Sequence record: OQ411014.1
DNA: 64,000 bases
From: Escherichia phage EJP2
Reading direction: 5' to 3' (one strand)
In this document: positions 1 to 9,286 of the stretch, piece by piece
Position numbering within the stretch: position 1 is the stretch's first letter
How the letters are laid out: every line of letters starts with the position of its first letter
Translations under genes and position numbers: made by a program
Notes under the pieces: generated by a model
What the model saw: only the letters and a program-made list of their open reading frames with translations
Database searches by the model: none
Told to the model about the DNA's origin: nothing

Positions 1-47
1 ATCGTCGAAATAAATATGAATCCTATATTTAAAACAGGAGTATAATA

Positions 48-605
48 ATGCTACAAGAAATCCAAACACTAATTACACAAATTGAAAACTTCCTACAAGA
101 AAAAGAAGGTTTCAGTGCAGAAGTCCACACTGCTGGTGCAGTACTGAAAGTTCATGAACCATCTGGTAATGAAGTACAGTACGATGGGTATGAACTACTC
201 CTTTACACTCTAGCTTCACGTAAACTCGGTCATGAGATCAAACTAAGCGTAGTGAAAGATGAAAAAGGTAATGATACGTTCCGTATCAATTCAGGTGCTA
301 ATTATGACCTTGATAAATATATTGCAGAAGTAAACAGTACAGTACTGTCTAAAGTGAAAGCTAAAGATGTACACGCAGTAGTAATGAGCCGTCAAACTGG
401 TTCAGTAGAATTCCCGTACTGTATCAATACATTCTTTGAAGGTGGTTCTTGGTTGCGTTATGACGTAACTATGCCTGAAATGCTATATGCAGCTATTCAT
501 GAACTACCAGTAGAAGAACAGTCTGACAAGTCATTCGCGTTTACTAAACTACGTAACATCACTGAAACTCTACGCGTAGAGATTGAAGAATTTCTCAAAA
601 AATAA
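48..605 (+). CDS. hypothetical protein (185 aa)
   Basis: ORF track; AGGAG RBS 5 nt upstream of ATG. Confidence 0.6.
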   Translation: MLQEIQTLITQIENFLQEKEGFSAEVHTAGAVLKVHEPSGNEVQYDGYELLLYTLASRKLGHEIKLSVVKDEKGNDTFRINSGANYDLDKYIAEVNSTVLSKVKAKDVHAVVMSRQTGSVEFPYCINTFFEGGSWLRYDVTMPEMLYAAIHELPVEEQSDKSFAFTKLRNITETLRVEIEEFLKK

Positions 606-614
606 ATAAATTTT

Positions 615-643
615 TGAACATTTCAGAAAAAATGTGATATAAT
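615..643 (+). promoter_or_regulatory. sigma70-type promoter with extended -10 (TTGAAC N17 TGTGATATAAT), upstream of tRNA
   Basis: Conserved TGTGATATAATATAA block, one of 5 near-identical copies in window; followed by hairpin and tRNA. Confidence 0.5.
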
Positions 644-681
644 ATAAGTACAGGAGATGAGAGTTCTCCTGTAACAAATTA

Positions 682-754
682 GCTTGAATAGCTCAGTAGG
701 TAGAGCAGCGTACTTGTAATACGAAGGTCGTGGGTTCAATTCCTGCTTCAAGCA
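682..754 (+). tRNA. tRNA-Thr (anticodon UGU)
   Basis: Acceptor GCTTGAA/TTCAAGC, D-arm GCTC-AGTAGGTA-GAGC, anticodon loop CTTGTAA, T-loop GGTTCAATTCC; CCA not encoded. Confidence 0.75.
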
Positions 755-803
755 TTTATTCATACGATGATAATAAAAAATAAATATAGTCCTTGACAAT
801 CTT

Positions 804-833
804 ACCCAGAATTTGTATTCTGGGTTTTCTTTT
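804..833 (+). terminator. rho-independent terminator
   Basis: Inverted repeat ACCCAGAAT/ATTCTGGGT followed by T-run, immediately after tRNA. Confidence 0.5.
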
Positions 834-855
834 AACTAATCAAAAGGTAAATCCT

Positions 856-1362
856 ATGCAAATGACTTACGAAGATACAATGACTCATCTCAGTACTATT
901 GATATTGAAAAGTTCACTCTAGAAGTCACTACTGGCGACCGCAACAAGAAGATGTGGTACAGTGAATATGAAAATCAAGATGACCTGTATGTTGTGGTTT
1001 CTGATAACAGTTCTTGGGGATTGGTATCAATCACAGTATTCACACCAAATGCTGACAGGACAGTTTTGCATCGCTTCAACCGTTCTATCCATCCTAAGCA
1101 CGAACTGGACGTGATGAAGATTGAATCAATTATGTTCGACTTTGGTGGAAATCGAGATGATAAAGCGGACATTCCAGCAGTGTGCATTCAAAACCTAAGT
1201 ACACTGAAGTCCGAGTCTGATTTCTTCAGTTATATCCTAATGAACAACATCAATGATATCACACATCAGAATATCGTTGACTTCATTGAATTCACTGATA
1301 AACTGTACAGTAAATGGGTAGAACAGTTCGGTGAACCATCTCTAGGAGACGAAGATGAGTGA
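856..1362 (+). CDS. hypothetical protein (168 aa)
   Basis: ORF track 793..1362 trimmed to first ATG with AAAAGG RBS; track start overlaps terminator hairpin; C-terminal ESDFFSYIL resembles FFQ-family motif. Confidence 0.5.
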   Translation: MQMTYEDTMTHLSTIDIEKFTLEVTTGDRNKKMWYSEYENQDDLYVVVSDNSSWGLVSITVFTPNADRTVLHRFNRSIHPKHELDVMKIESIMFDFGGNRDDKADIPAVCIQNLSTLKSESDFFSYILMNNINDITHQNIVDFIEFTDKLYSKWVEQFGEPSLGDEDE

Positions 1363-1753
1363 AATTCAATCCAGATGTTATATAGTACTGAACAAAGAAC
1401 TCCAGATGCCTGTCGGTAAAGCTGCTGTACAGGTTGGTCATGCGATGGATCAGGTTTGGGGAGCTTTCTGTAATATGACTTCACAACCTACCATGTCTTT
1501 GTTGGGTAACCTGAAGTACATGGAAGACTTTTCCAAATGGAAAGATGAAGGCCGTAAGAAAGTAACACTAGGTGCTAAGAACGACGCTGAAGTTCAGAAA
1601 TATAAAGACAAACTCCTTGATGCGGGTTATACTGTGTTTGATATCGTTGACTACGGAATCAATTTCTTTGATGGTGTAACCAGGACTGGTATTGTAGTCT
1701 TTCCAGTACTGAATGCTATCCCTGAACTAAAACGTTTACAGGTATTCAAATGA
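1355..1753 (+). CDS. PTH2-like peptidyl-tRNA hydrolase domain protein (132 aa)
   Basis: Motif YIVLNKELQMPVGKAAVQVGHA resembles PTH2 core (hydrophobic strand, GK, AAQ..HA); ATGA start/stop overlap with upstream gene. Confidence 0.45.
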   Translation: MSEIQSRCYIVLNKELQMPVGKAAVQVGHAMDQVWGAFCNMTSQPTMSLLGNLKYMEDFSKWKDEGRKKVTLGAKNDAEVQKYKDKLLDAGYTVFDIVDYGINFFDGVTRTGIVVFPVLNAIPELKRLQVFK

Positions 1754-2172
1754 AAGAATTCAACCGTGCAGAAGCTATAGCAGAGGCTTATGAGAAAATA
1801 AAAAACAATGAACTACGTCTAAAGGATGTATCTCAATCGAATAAGCATCGTGAAACTGACGAATACGTATTGTATTTCAACCCATATGCTGGTATGTTCA
1901 TCTTACGAATGAACTTGGAATGTATCCTAGATACAAACCAGAATCGGACGTTATTATTTTATTCGACCGATGAACCAGATGAAGCATTAGTACCAGTACA
2001 GAACGGTATTGGTAGTATAATTGTACACCCTTATAAATCTGAAGCTGAACAGTTCCAGCGTACTTTGGTCGAAGAAGATTATCCTGACGTTGAAACTATG
2101 AAACAGATTCAATATATTGTTGAGTATATCAAAAGTACACATTTCGGAGGCGTTGATGCAGTACAAGAATAG
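1750..2172 (+). CDS. hypothetical protein (140 aa)
   Basis: ORF track; ATGA overlap coupling; C-terminal SEAEQFQRTL motif. Confidence 0.55.
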   Translation: MKEFNRAEAIAEAYEKIKNNELRLKDVSQSNKHRETDEYVLYFNPYAGMFILRMNLECILDTNQNRTLLFYSTDEPDEALVPVQNGIGSIIVHPYKSEAEQFQRTLVEEDYPDVETMKQIQYIVEYIKSTHFGGVDAVQE

Positions 2173-2521
2173 TTATGCAGTCCAACTCGGTACTATGCTG
2201 GCTTTTACTTTCCTGAACGGTTTGTTTGCGTTCTTTTCTCCTAGTACTCCAGAAGTACCAGCACAGGGTCAAGAGAAAGTACTCAAGATTGAAACCATCC
2301 GTCAGGACGTAACTTCATACACTCAAGTACTGAAAAAAGCCGATACGTGTGAAAAGGTAACTGATAAAGAAGAAAATGATTTCTATAGTTGTCCTGACAG
2401 TACTACTATTTCTATGGTACACTGGACTCGTAGCCCAGACCGTAAAGGTGTGGTAACAAAATACTATGACAAGGATAAGAACCTGTTGATGATCTATGGT
2501 CATCCAGATGATGTTTACTAA
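2156..2521 (+). CDS. hypothetical protein (121 aa)
   Basis: ORF track 2117..2521 trimmed to ATG preceded by GGAGG RBS. Confidence 0.5.
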   Translation: MQYKNSYAVQLGTMLAFTFLNGLFAFFSPSTPEVPAQGQEKVLKIETIRQDVTSYTQVLKKADTCEKVTDKEENDFYSCPDSTTISMVHWTRSPDRKGVVTKYYDKDKNLLMIYGHPDDVY

Positions 2522-2530
2522 GGATATATA

Positions 2531-2968
2531 ATGCAATCGTACTTCTCCATAATTACCGATGTACTCGCAGAATATACCAAACCAGAACAGTGGACACCAA
2601 TCAAATCAGACGTAGGAGAACGCTACCGTTCAGTACTGGATGGTAGTGTCCTGTCCGTATCTAAAGCATTGATTGGTTTCATTTACAATGGAGACAAAGC
2701 ACCAGTCCAGGAATTGACTGTGAACATTTTTGCTAACTCGAAGTATTTTGTATTTGTAGACCGAAATACCAACAAGGTAAGAATAAAGACCAGTGTAGGC
2801 AGTACTGGTATTATGACGAGTAAGGTACTTTCTACTTTAGTTCCAGAAGATGAGTATTTTCATTTGATGTTATCATCTGATGAGTATCAGATATCCTATG
2901 AAGAGCAGAAAATATTGCTCAAGTTCATAGAACTCGCAAAGTGGGTACACAGGAAAAATAATCGTTGA
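2531..2968 (+). CDS. hypothetical protein (145 aa)
   Basis: ORF track; TAAGGA RBS. Confidence 0.55.
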   Translation: MQSYFSIITDVLAEYTKPEQWTPIKSDVGERYRSVLDGSVLSVSKALIGFIYNGDKAPVQELTVNIFANSKYFVFVDRNTNKVRIKTSVGSTGIMTSKVLSTLVPEDEYFHLMLSSDEYQISYEEQKILLKFIELAKWVHRKNNR

Positions 2969-2993
2969 CAGTACTGCTAGGTGTGCGTATAAT
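2965..2993 (+). promoter_or_regulatory. sigma70-type promoter TTGACA N17 TATAAT
   Basis: Canonical hexamers; CAGTACTG abuts the -35 box. Confidence 0.55.
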
Positions 2994-3033
2994 CACTTCA
3001 TAACGAAATGACTTAAACACTAAGGATAACAAA

Positions 3034-3291
3034 ATGGCTAACGTAATTCGCTCTCGAAAAATGATTTCTGGTAATGACCTTCGCTATCTGAACAACTATC
3101 GTCATCTTTTCCAACAGTTGGGTAAAGGTGTAAAAATGACAGTTATTACTGATACCATTCAGGAACCAGAAGACATTTTTGGTGTATACCATAGCGTTTT
3201 CAATCTATACATCAAACGTGGTCTGTTGGACGTAAAAACCATTACTGAAATTGATGACGATGAAGAGATGGAGAATTTCCTGTTCCTATGA
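3034..3291 (+). CDS. hypothetical protein (85 aa)
   Basis: ORF track; AAGGA RBS. Confidence 0.55.
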   Translation: MANVIRSRKMISGNDLRYLNNYRHLFQQLGKGVKMTVITDTIQEPEDIFGVYHSVFNLYIKRGLLDVKTITEIDDDEEMENFLFL

Positions 3292-3434
3292 ATAATGAAT
3301 ACTACAATGCTTGGTCGTACGCGATTGAGTTTTGTCGAAAGTACGACATATGCACGAGTACTAAAAAATGGAAACCGTGGGAGAAGAAATTCTTCTTCTA
3401 CATTTATAACCTAAAATTAGGACGTGAGGTGTAA
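3288..3434 (+). CDS. small hypothetical protein (48 aa)
   Basis: Uninterrupted frame ATG..TAA found by hand; ATGA overlap with upstream stop; below ORF-track size cutoff. Confidence 0.35.
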   Translation: MNNEYYNAWSYAIEFCRKYDICTSTKKWKPWEKKFFFYIYNLKLGREV

Positions 3435-3457
3435 CATGCCAGAACCATTAGATCGTG

Positions 3458-3973
3458 ATGATGATTTCATGGATGAACGCTATGGTGATAAGGATGAGTA
3501 GATTCCTTACACTAGCTGATGTAATCAAGGAGGCTAATGATTATCTTGACAGTAAACCAGTGTTCAATGATAATGCAAAGGATACAAGAACATCTTTCGT
3601 CCCGAATTTGATTAACACTGCGTACGCTAATATTATTGACGTATTCGTGTGTCCACGCTATGCTATTTTCAAATTCCGTGATGTTGAGAATCTCGTGGAG
3701 TATCAACTATCAGTTCTTCCGTGGCGTAGTGGATTTTCGTTTATGTCATGGGATGATAGTTATATTGATGACGGTGAAGACATGCGGCATCTTTCAATGG
3801 GGTTTATTACATCAGAAGAACAGTTCTTCCAAGAATCGTTGAAACGTGATTTGTCATGGGTAGAATTGGTTGACGTTATCAATGCCAAGAAACTTCATGA
3901 CCGCATCTTTGAGTACTATGGTATTACACCATGTGATGATGAGCAGGACCAACTAGGTGACGTATACAAATGA
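3458..3973 (+). CDS. FFQ-motif family protein (start uncertain)
   Basis: ORF track 3455..3973; first ATG used; C-terminal TSEEQFFQESL motif. Confidence 0.5.
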   Translation: MMISWMNAMVIRMSRFLTLADVIKEANDYLDSKPVFNDNAKDTRTSFVPNLINTAYANIIDVFVCPRYAIFKFRDVENLVEYQLSVLPWRSGFSFMSWDDSYIDDGEDMRHLSMGFITSEEQFFQESLKRDLSWVELVDVINAKKLHDRIFEYYGITPCDDEQDQLGDVYK

Positions 3974-4488
3974 AAGTAGAACCGTTCAGTACTGAATTTA
4001 TGCTGGTGGACGTATCACTCTCCAATTTCAAGCGTACTATGCGAAATTCTGGAGTGCACTATTATCGTTTTAAGAATAAACGATTAGTGCATGATACGAT
4101 TCATAACACTGTAAAACTTGTATGTGAATATCAGATTGATGAAGATACTCACACAAACCAAGTTCTGCACTTCAATTACAAAACTAACGAGTTGACTGCA
4201 CTCTTTACTGTAGTTCACAATAAAGTCAAGGAAAAATTCGTAGGTAAATATAAGTTCACGCTAGACGAATGTGAGTACTTCTTACTAAGTTTATCTGCGG
4301 AGAAATATTTTCCTAGTCTACAAGATTTAGTTCAAATCAATTCAGTAGTTCAAGAATTGAAAGAAGATGTGAAGTCTTGGGATGAAGAGATGACCGCTGC
4401 CGCATATAAGCGTCGTGTTGAGAGTTTTCATAAATGGGAAATGAAAACAGGTCGGAAGTTATTTCATTATAATAGTAAGGCAAAATAA
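3970..4488 (+). CDS. hypothetical protein (172 aa)
   Basis: ORF track; ATGA overlap coupling. Confidence 0.55.
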   Translation: MKVEPFSTEFMLVDVSLSNFKRTMRNSGVHYYRFKNKRLVHDTIHNTVKLVCEYQIDEDTHTNQVLHFNYKTNELTALFTVVHNKVKEKFVGKYKFTLDECEYFLLSLSAEKYFPSLQDLVQINSVVQELKEDVKSWDEEMTAAAYKRRVESFHKWEMKTGRKLFHYNSKAK

Positions 4489-4742
4489 TGAGTGAATATT
4501 CAAACGTATTGAAAGCAATCATTGCTGATTTGGGCGAAGATTGTGCTAATGTTTCCGAAGAAGAATACCAGTTGTGGAAGATGAACTATGAAAGTCTCCC
4601 AGAGCATGATAAAGTATTCAATCTTCTAGGTGCAATGTCACAGTACTTGACTTGTGCATCTAAAGCTAGTGCAAGTATCTTAGCTACTGCGGTAGTTTGC
4701 ACAGAACGTTGGTGTAACGAAAAAGATTTGGAGAATTTCTAA
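4488..4742 (+). CDS. hypothetical protein (84 aa)
   Basis: ORF track; start overlaps upstream stop. Confidence 0.5.
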   Translation: MSEYSNVLKAIIADLGEDCANVSEEEYQLWKMNYESLPEHDKVFNLLGAMSQYLTCASKASASILATAVVCTERWCNEKDLENF

Positions 4743-4760
4743 TATATAAAAGGATTTTAT

Positions 4761-5618
4761 ATGCAACCAATAACAGTACTTAGTCTGTTCAATGGAATGT
4801 CAGGCGGGATGCTTGCTTTAAACGAAGCACAAATACCCGTACATAAGTACTATTCATCTGAGATAGATAAGTTCGCAAACGCTGAGTCCCAAGCGAATTT
4901 CCCTGATATAGTCCAGTTGGGTGATGTTACCAAGTGGAAGGAATGGGATATTGAATGGGACAAAATAGATCTACTCATGGGTGGATTTCCATGCCAGGCA
5001 TGGTCTGTGGCTGGTAAACAGGGTGGAACGAACGATCCACGTGGAATGCTATTCCATACTATGGTTGATATCTATCATCATATTAAGGCGTTGAATCCGA
5101 ACTTGAAAGTACTGTTCGAGAACGTCAAGATGAAAGAAGACTTCAAGCAATACATTGATGGTATCTTAGGAATGACACCTAAGATGATCAACTCTCAAAA
5201 CTACACTGCTCACTATCGCCAGCGATATTACTGGTACTCATCTGATAAGTACTTTATCCCGCCTCCTATCATGTCTTCCCCTTCACTGCAATCAATTCTT
5301 GATAGTGATTACACTGATAGAGAGAAATCGTACTGTATAGATGCGAACTATTGGAAGGGTGGAGATCCTAACCAGTACTTCAACAAGTCCAGGCGGCAGA
5401 TGGTGTTCATGGACCCTGATATTGATAGAGAGTACCTTATTGAAAAGGGTATAAACAAGATTGACTATCGTAAGCTAAGTGTAGTAGAATGTTGTCGTTG
5501 TCAGGGAGTGCCGGATGATTACTTTAAAGTGTCCAGCAATACCCAAGCGTACAAGATGTTAGGTAACGGGTGGACTATCCCAGTCATCGCTCACTTATTA
5601 CGTGATATATTCTTTTGA
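4761..5618 (+). CDS. DNA (cytosine-5)-methyltransferase
   Basis: C5-MTase motifs in order: I LFNGMSGG, IV GFPCQAWS, VI ENV, C-terminal GNGWTIPV; RBS AAAGGA. Confidence 0.8.
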   Translation: MQPITVLSLFNGMSGGMLALNEAQIPVHKYYSSEIDKFANAESQANFPDIVQLGDVTKWKEWDIEWDKIDLLMGGFPCQAWSVAGKQGGTNDPRGMLFHTMVDIYHHIKALNPNLKVLFENVKMKEDFKQYIDGILGMTPKMINSQNYTAHYRQRYYWYSSDKYFIPPPIMSSPSLQSILDSDYTDREKSYCIDANYWKGGDPNQYFNKSRRQMVFMDPDIDREYLIEKGINKIDYRKLSVVECCRCQGVPDDYFKVSSNTQAYKMLGNGWTIPVIAHLLRDIFF

Positions 5619-5648
5619 TATAATACTATGACTTACAAAGGAGAGCAT

Positions 5649-6218
5649 ATGAACTTTATCAAGTTCAATACATCTGAGTCAGAAGCATACTTTGATACAA
5701 ATAATAAATTCAATATTATTCTAAAAGACGGAACAGTTATTATCGGAGTATCATTACTATCATTTGATGGTGAAAACCGCAAAACTGTTTATAAATTCAC
5801 CAATCTTGATGGTGATTACTGGGATACATCAGATGTATCTAAAATTTGCACACATTATGTATTTGAATCAATTGAAGTTGGTGATGGATGGGCGTTGACT
5901 TGTAATGGTAATAAAGTATTTTCTGGTAACATATTTGGGGTAATCACCGAAAAGGAAATAGTAGACCATCATCTTCATGTCCTCAATGATACTGCTAACA
6001 CTTATACACCTGATAATATCAACCTTCGCGATATTGTAACATATACTGATTGTAATGGTTTCAGTCATAAAGCAATCGTAACTGAAGTCAAAAAACCAAG
6101 AAATTATTTCGACCACGGTGTAATTGAAGTATATATGGTAGATGTTGATAAACAATACTTTGAACATTTCACTTATACTGGTTGGGATAAATTCCTAACC
6201 GTTATTGAAGAATATTAG
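5649..6218 (+). CDS. hypothetical protein (189 aa)
   Basis: ORF track 5628..6218 trimmed to ATG with AAGGAG RBS. Confidence 0.55.
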   Translation: MNFIKFNTSESEAYFDTNNKFNIILKDGTVIIGVSLLSFDGENRKTVYKFTNLDGDYWDTSDVSKICTHYVFESIEVGDGWALTCNGNKVFSGNIFGVITEKEIVDHHLHVLNDTANTYTPDNINLRDIVTYTDCNGFSHKAIVTEVKKPRNYFDHGVIEVYMVDVDKQYFEHFTYTGWDKFLTVIEEY

Positions 6219-6272
6219 GATTACTCGTGTTCTTGATACATTTTTTACTAATTCAATGAGGTTTTTTATAGT

Positions 6273-6791
6273 ATGCCAAATACAAACAATTACAATATTC
6301 CGTCACTTGCTACTGCCAAATCAGACCGCATTAGTGAACAAAAAGAATATGTGAAACGCCGTACGGATGGTGGTTTTTGTCCAGAAAAGGGTGACCGCGT
6401 ATTCTTCCAAACAACCGACCGTGATGGTAATATTGGTCGCAGTGGTTATGGTAAAGTTAGTGGTAAACATCAGTACAGTTCAAAACACTACATGTACTTT
6501 ATAGACTGTGATGATGCTACAATAGAGAATGTTGTTGTTGGACATCCTAGTGGTTTCTATCCAAAGGACTTTATCCAGTTGGAATCAATGTATAATAAAG
6601 ATAAAGAACTCAAACCTGAAGTTGTACCAAAAGAATACTTTGGTCTATATGACTTCAGAACTCAACGAGTTGAACTTGGAAGTCTATTCACATACCGTTC
6701 TGATACGTTTGAGTATGCAACATCGAAGTACGGAAACCCATTACCACATAATTTAACGATTCGTGCATTCATCATACACGAAAAGTTATAA
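6273..6791 (+). CDS. hypothetical protein (172 aa)
   Basis: ORF track; followed by terminator. Confidence 0.55.
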   Translation: MPNTNNYNIPSLATAKSDRISEQKEYVKRRTDGGFCPEKGDRVFFQTTDRDGNIGRSGYGKVSGKHQYSSKHYMYFIDCDDATIENVVVGHPSGFYPKDFIQLESMYNKDKELKPEVVPKEYFGLYDFRTQRVELGSLFTYRSDTFEYATSKYGNPLPHNLTIRAFIIHEKL

Positions 6792-6798
6792 ATCATAC

Positions 6799-6823
6799 GG
6801 AGTCTTTTTTTAGACTCCTTTTA
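6799..6823 (+). terminator. rho-independent terminator
   Basis: GGAGTCT/AGACTCC hairpin with T-rich loop and tail. Confidence 0.55.
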
Positions 6824-6850
6824 AATTGAATATCCACACTAGGAGTTGTA

Positions 6851-7231
6851 ATGAATCAATTAGATTGGCTAGACAAAGCTCTTGAAAAGATGCGAGCCGA
6901 AGATCCTGAAGTCCTGCACAGAAAGTTATTCGGATTTAGTGCCGCCGAATTTGAACAGTACTGCAACGATTTGACATTCTTTGATGAAGCCAAAACTGTT
7001 CTTGACTTTATGAAGAGCAAAGACTACACGATCATTAACATCTATGATACTGATGATTTTGAGTTACCTTCTCGGATGTTCTTACATTATTTCGAATCTT
7101 ACTGTACTGAAGGATACGATGAATCCTTTTGGAGTGGGTATGGTGCACATACATTGACACATGATGAATTGCAGTTACAATATCTTTTCGTTAATGGTCA
7201 GGGGACTGAACATTTCTTTCGGATTATCTAA
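6851..7231 (+). CDS. hypothetical protein (126 aa)
   Basis: ORF track; TAGGAG RBS. Confidence 0.55.
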   Translation: MNQLDWLDKALEKMRAEDPEVLHRKLFGFSAAEFEQYCNDLTFFDEAKTVLDFMKSKDYTIINIYDTDDFELPSRMFLHYFESYCTEGYDESFWSGYGAHTLTHDELQLQYLFVNGQGTEHFFRII

Positions 7232-7233
7232 CT

Positions 7234-7602
7234 ATGTATGAAGATTACAAAGTAGTACTGGAACCTAAACATCTTGTAAAAATAAAACAAATTTATAAAA
7301 GAGCACATGAGTCCAATGAACCACATTCTTACATTGTAAATAACACAATGTTTTATCTGTGTAAGGGTTTTGCAACAATGACTCGTTCTGGTGGTAATTT
7401 TTATGTAATTTCACAAATGCATAATGACCACATAGAAATCTTCAAAATGAGTTCAATGGGAAAAATTACACATAGCCATACACTCAAATATTGTAATGAT
7501 GAAGACTATTTGTTTCAACTTTCCCTTGTGTGTGATTTTGATTTGACATTAGACGATATGAATCTTATGATTGGTATCCGAGACAATATAGTAAAGGAAT
7601 AA
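7234..7602 (+). CDS. hypothetical protein (122 aa)
   Basis: ORF track. Confidence 0.5.
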   Translation: MYEDYKVVLEPKHLVKIKQIYKRAHESNEPHSYIVNNTMFYLCKGFATMTRSGGNFYVISQMHNDHIEIFKMSSMGKITHSHTLKYCNDEDYLFQLSLVCDFDLTLDDMNLMIGIRDNIVKE

Positions 7603-7603
7603 A

Positions 7604-7816
7604 ATGAAATACCTAATAAAAGAAGTGTTTGCATTTCTGTATGTGTTGCTGTTGAGTATAGGCTCAATTACGTTAGCTCTTACTCCTTCAATTGTGTACC
7701 AATTCATTTGTGTATCAAATGATTATAACTTCGATGAAACGATCCATTTCACATTACGTGTTTTTGGCTTCATTGTGTGGTTATGTGCATTTAGTTATTT
7801 TATGAACAGGAAATAA
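7604..7816 (+). CDS. small membrane protein (70 aa)
   Basis: ORF track; hydrophobic segments. Confidence 0.5.
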   Translation: MKYLIKEVFAFLYVLLLSIGSITLALTPSIVYQFICVSNDYNFDETIHFTLRVFGFIVWLCAFSYFMNRK

Positions 7817-7817
7817 T

Positions 7818-8117
7818 ATGAACAAGCACGAAGTAATTATCTTTGACCGGAAAGTATTCGTACCAACCGAGAACAGTACTGAATCGTACTATCTCATCAA
7901 TGAGATCATGTCCGCAACTAGTACTAGCTGTGAGCAGAAACCAGGTGAGTACATCTTCAGTCAGACCATTGGGTATTATCGTTACAAAGAAAAAGAACAT
8001 TTTGACATTGATTCTGAAAAAATCATTGCAGTACTGAAAGAATGTGGCTATAATGAATGTATTGAAAACGACACTACCTTACCAGTTGTCGTGTTTACAC
8101 TAAACCCAACCATCTAG
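7818..8117 (+). CDS. hypothetical protein (99 aa)
   Basis: ORF track. Confidence 0.5.
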   Translation: MNKHEVIIFDRKVFVPTENSTESYYLINEIMSATSTSCEQKPGEYIFSQTIGYYRYKEKEHFDIDSEKIIAVLKECGYNECIENDTTLPVVVFTLNPTI

Positions 8118-8126
8118 GATAACATT

Positions 8127-8405
8127 ATGCATTTCGAAAAATTCAACGCAAACCGTAACACACGTATTGAAATGTTGTTTGAAACTCAAGATACTATCAG
8201 TATTTGTACTAAGAGTGGTGATGTTTACCATGAATGTACTATTGAGTGGGAACAAGGCCGAACACGTTCTGTTGAGTTTGACAACTACCATTTCAAACAA
8301 GGCGACCGCAAGATCTGGCCTGAACTGGTAGAAAGCATTGCATATGAAGATGAAGATAAAGAATCTTTTATCAAAGAAAATCCAGAAAATGATGAAGATT
8401 TTTGA
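8127..8405 (+). CDS. hypothetical protein (92 aa)
   Basis: ORF track; TAGGA RBS. Confidence 0.5.
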   Translation: MHFEKFNANRNTRIEMLFETQDTISICTKSGDVYHECTIEWEQGRTRSVEFDNYHFKQGDRKIWPELVESIAYEDEDKESFIKENPENDEDF

Positions 8406-8431
8406 GCATTTTGAAGAAAATGTGATATAAT
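8402..8431 (+). promoter_or_regulatory. extended -10 promoter (TTGAGC N18 TGTGATATAAT) upstream of tRNA pair
   Basis: Second copy of TGTGATATAATATAA block. Confidence 0.5.
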
Positions 8432-8485
8432 ATAATTAAGAAAGGGACAACATGATGTTCTTTTCTTGTTAATAAATAGAATACA

Positions 8486-8576
<91 letters not shown>

Positions 8577-8689
8577 GTTTTCAAAAGGTAGCCGAAAGGC
8601 AAGTTTATAGGATTTACGGATAGTTATAAATCTGAATTGACAGCAACTCCTAACAGAGTTACTATCCGCTCCTATCTTTTCTTAATCCA

Positions 8690-8764
8690 CGGGGTATAGC
8701 TTAATGGATAAAGCAGTAACCTTCTAAGTTATTGATCTAAGTTCGATTCTTAGTATCCCGACCA
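8690..8764 (+). tRNA. tRNA-Arg (anticodon UCU)
   Basis: Acceptor CGGGGTA/TATCCCG, anticodon stem GTAAC/GTTAT loop CTTCTAA, T-loop GTTCGATTC, encoded CCA. Confidence 0.75.
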
Positions 8765-8779
8765 AATAAGAGACACAAC

Positions 8780-9286
8780 ATGAACTCCAGAATCTATAAA
8801 GAACTAACTAATATAATGTATGAATTTATGGATTTTGAAGTCCAGCTTGGTGTCATATGGGGTCACACCCAACCCCGTGCCACAGATTTGTTTGAAAACT
8901 GTGGCTATTTTGTTTCTGATTGGTCATGGTATGATGGTCACATTGTATCATTACTTTCTAAACAGTACCCAAATATTGAAATTGACTACGCTGCTTGTGC
9001 TGATTCTTATACATTTAGCAGTACTGAATTTCCTGGTTTGGCAATATGTATAGAAGAAGTTCCTAAGATAAGGACAGAGCCATCAGATCATATCTTTAAT
9101 AGAGTTCCAATTTATAAGGTACTTGAAAATAGGTCAGAAGAAGTACGTATTACTAATCCAACTCCAGAGTTCAGTGAGTTCGTACAAGAATTATGTCAGT
9201 GGGTGATGACATTTGACAAGTCAGAAGAACTTGATTATACTGTCAGTATATATGTACAAGAAAACATTGAGGTCACTGAACTATGA
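8780..9286 (+). CDS. hypothetical protein (168 aa)
   Basis: ORF track. Confidence 0.5.
   Translation: MNSRIYKELTNIMYEFMDFEVQLGVIWGHTQPRATDLFENCGYFVSDWSWYDGHIVSLLSKQYPNIEIDYAACADSYTFSSTEFPGLAICIEEVPKIRTEPSDHIFNRVPIYKVLENRSEEVRITNPTPEFSEFVQELCQWVMTFDKSEELDYTVSIYVQENIEVTEL

Noticed and set aside
975-1187. Short minus-strand ORFs fully embedded in + strand genes (e.g. 975..1187, 1266..1484, 2315..2536, 3512..3706, 5868..6167, 16745..17161, 25183..25380, 33511..33747, 35570..35836, 40697..40978, 43104..43382, 48485..48913)
   Set aside because: They are antisense to well-supported + strand genes with ribosome-binding sites and coupled starts, have no RBS of their own, and are the usual by-product of AT-rich coding sequence.
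6529-6756. Alternative-frame + strand ORFs nested inside longer genes (6529..6756, 8820..9053, 10256..10456, 30314..30541, 42262..42495, 43481..43717, 51241..51450, 61451..61663)
   Set aside because: Each lies wholly within a longer ORF in another frame that has better start context; no evidence for overlapping genes.
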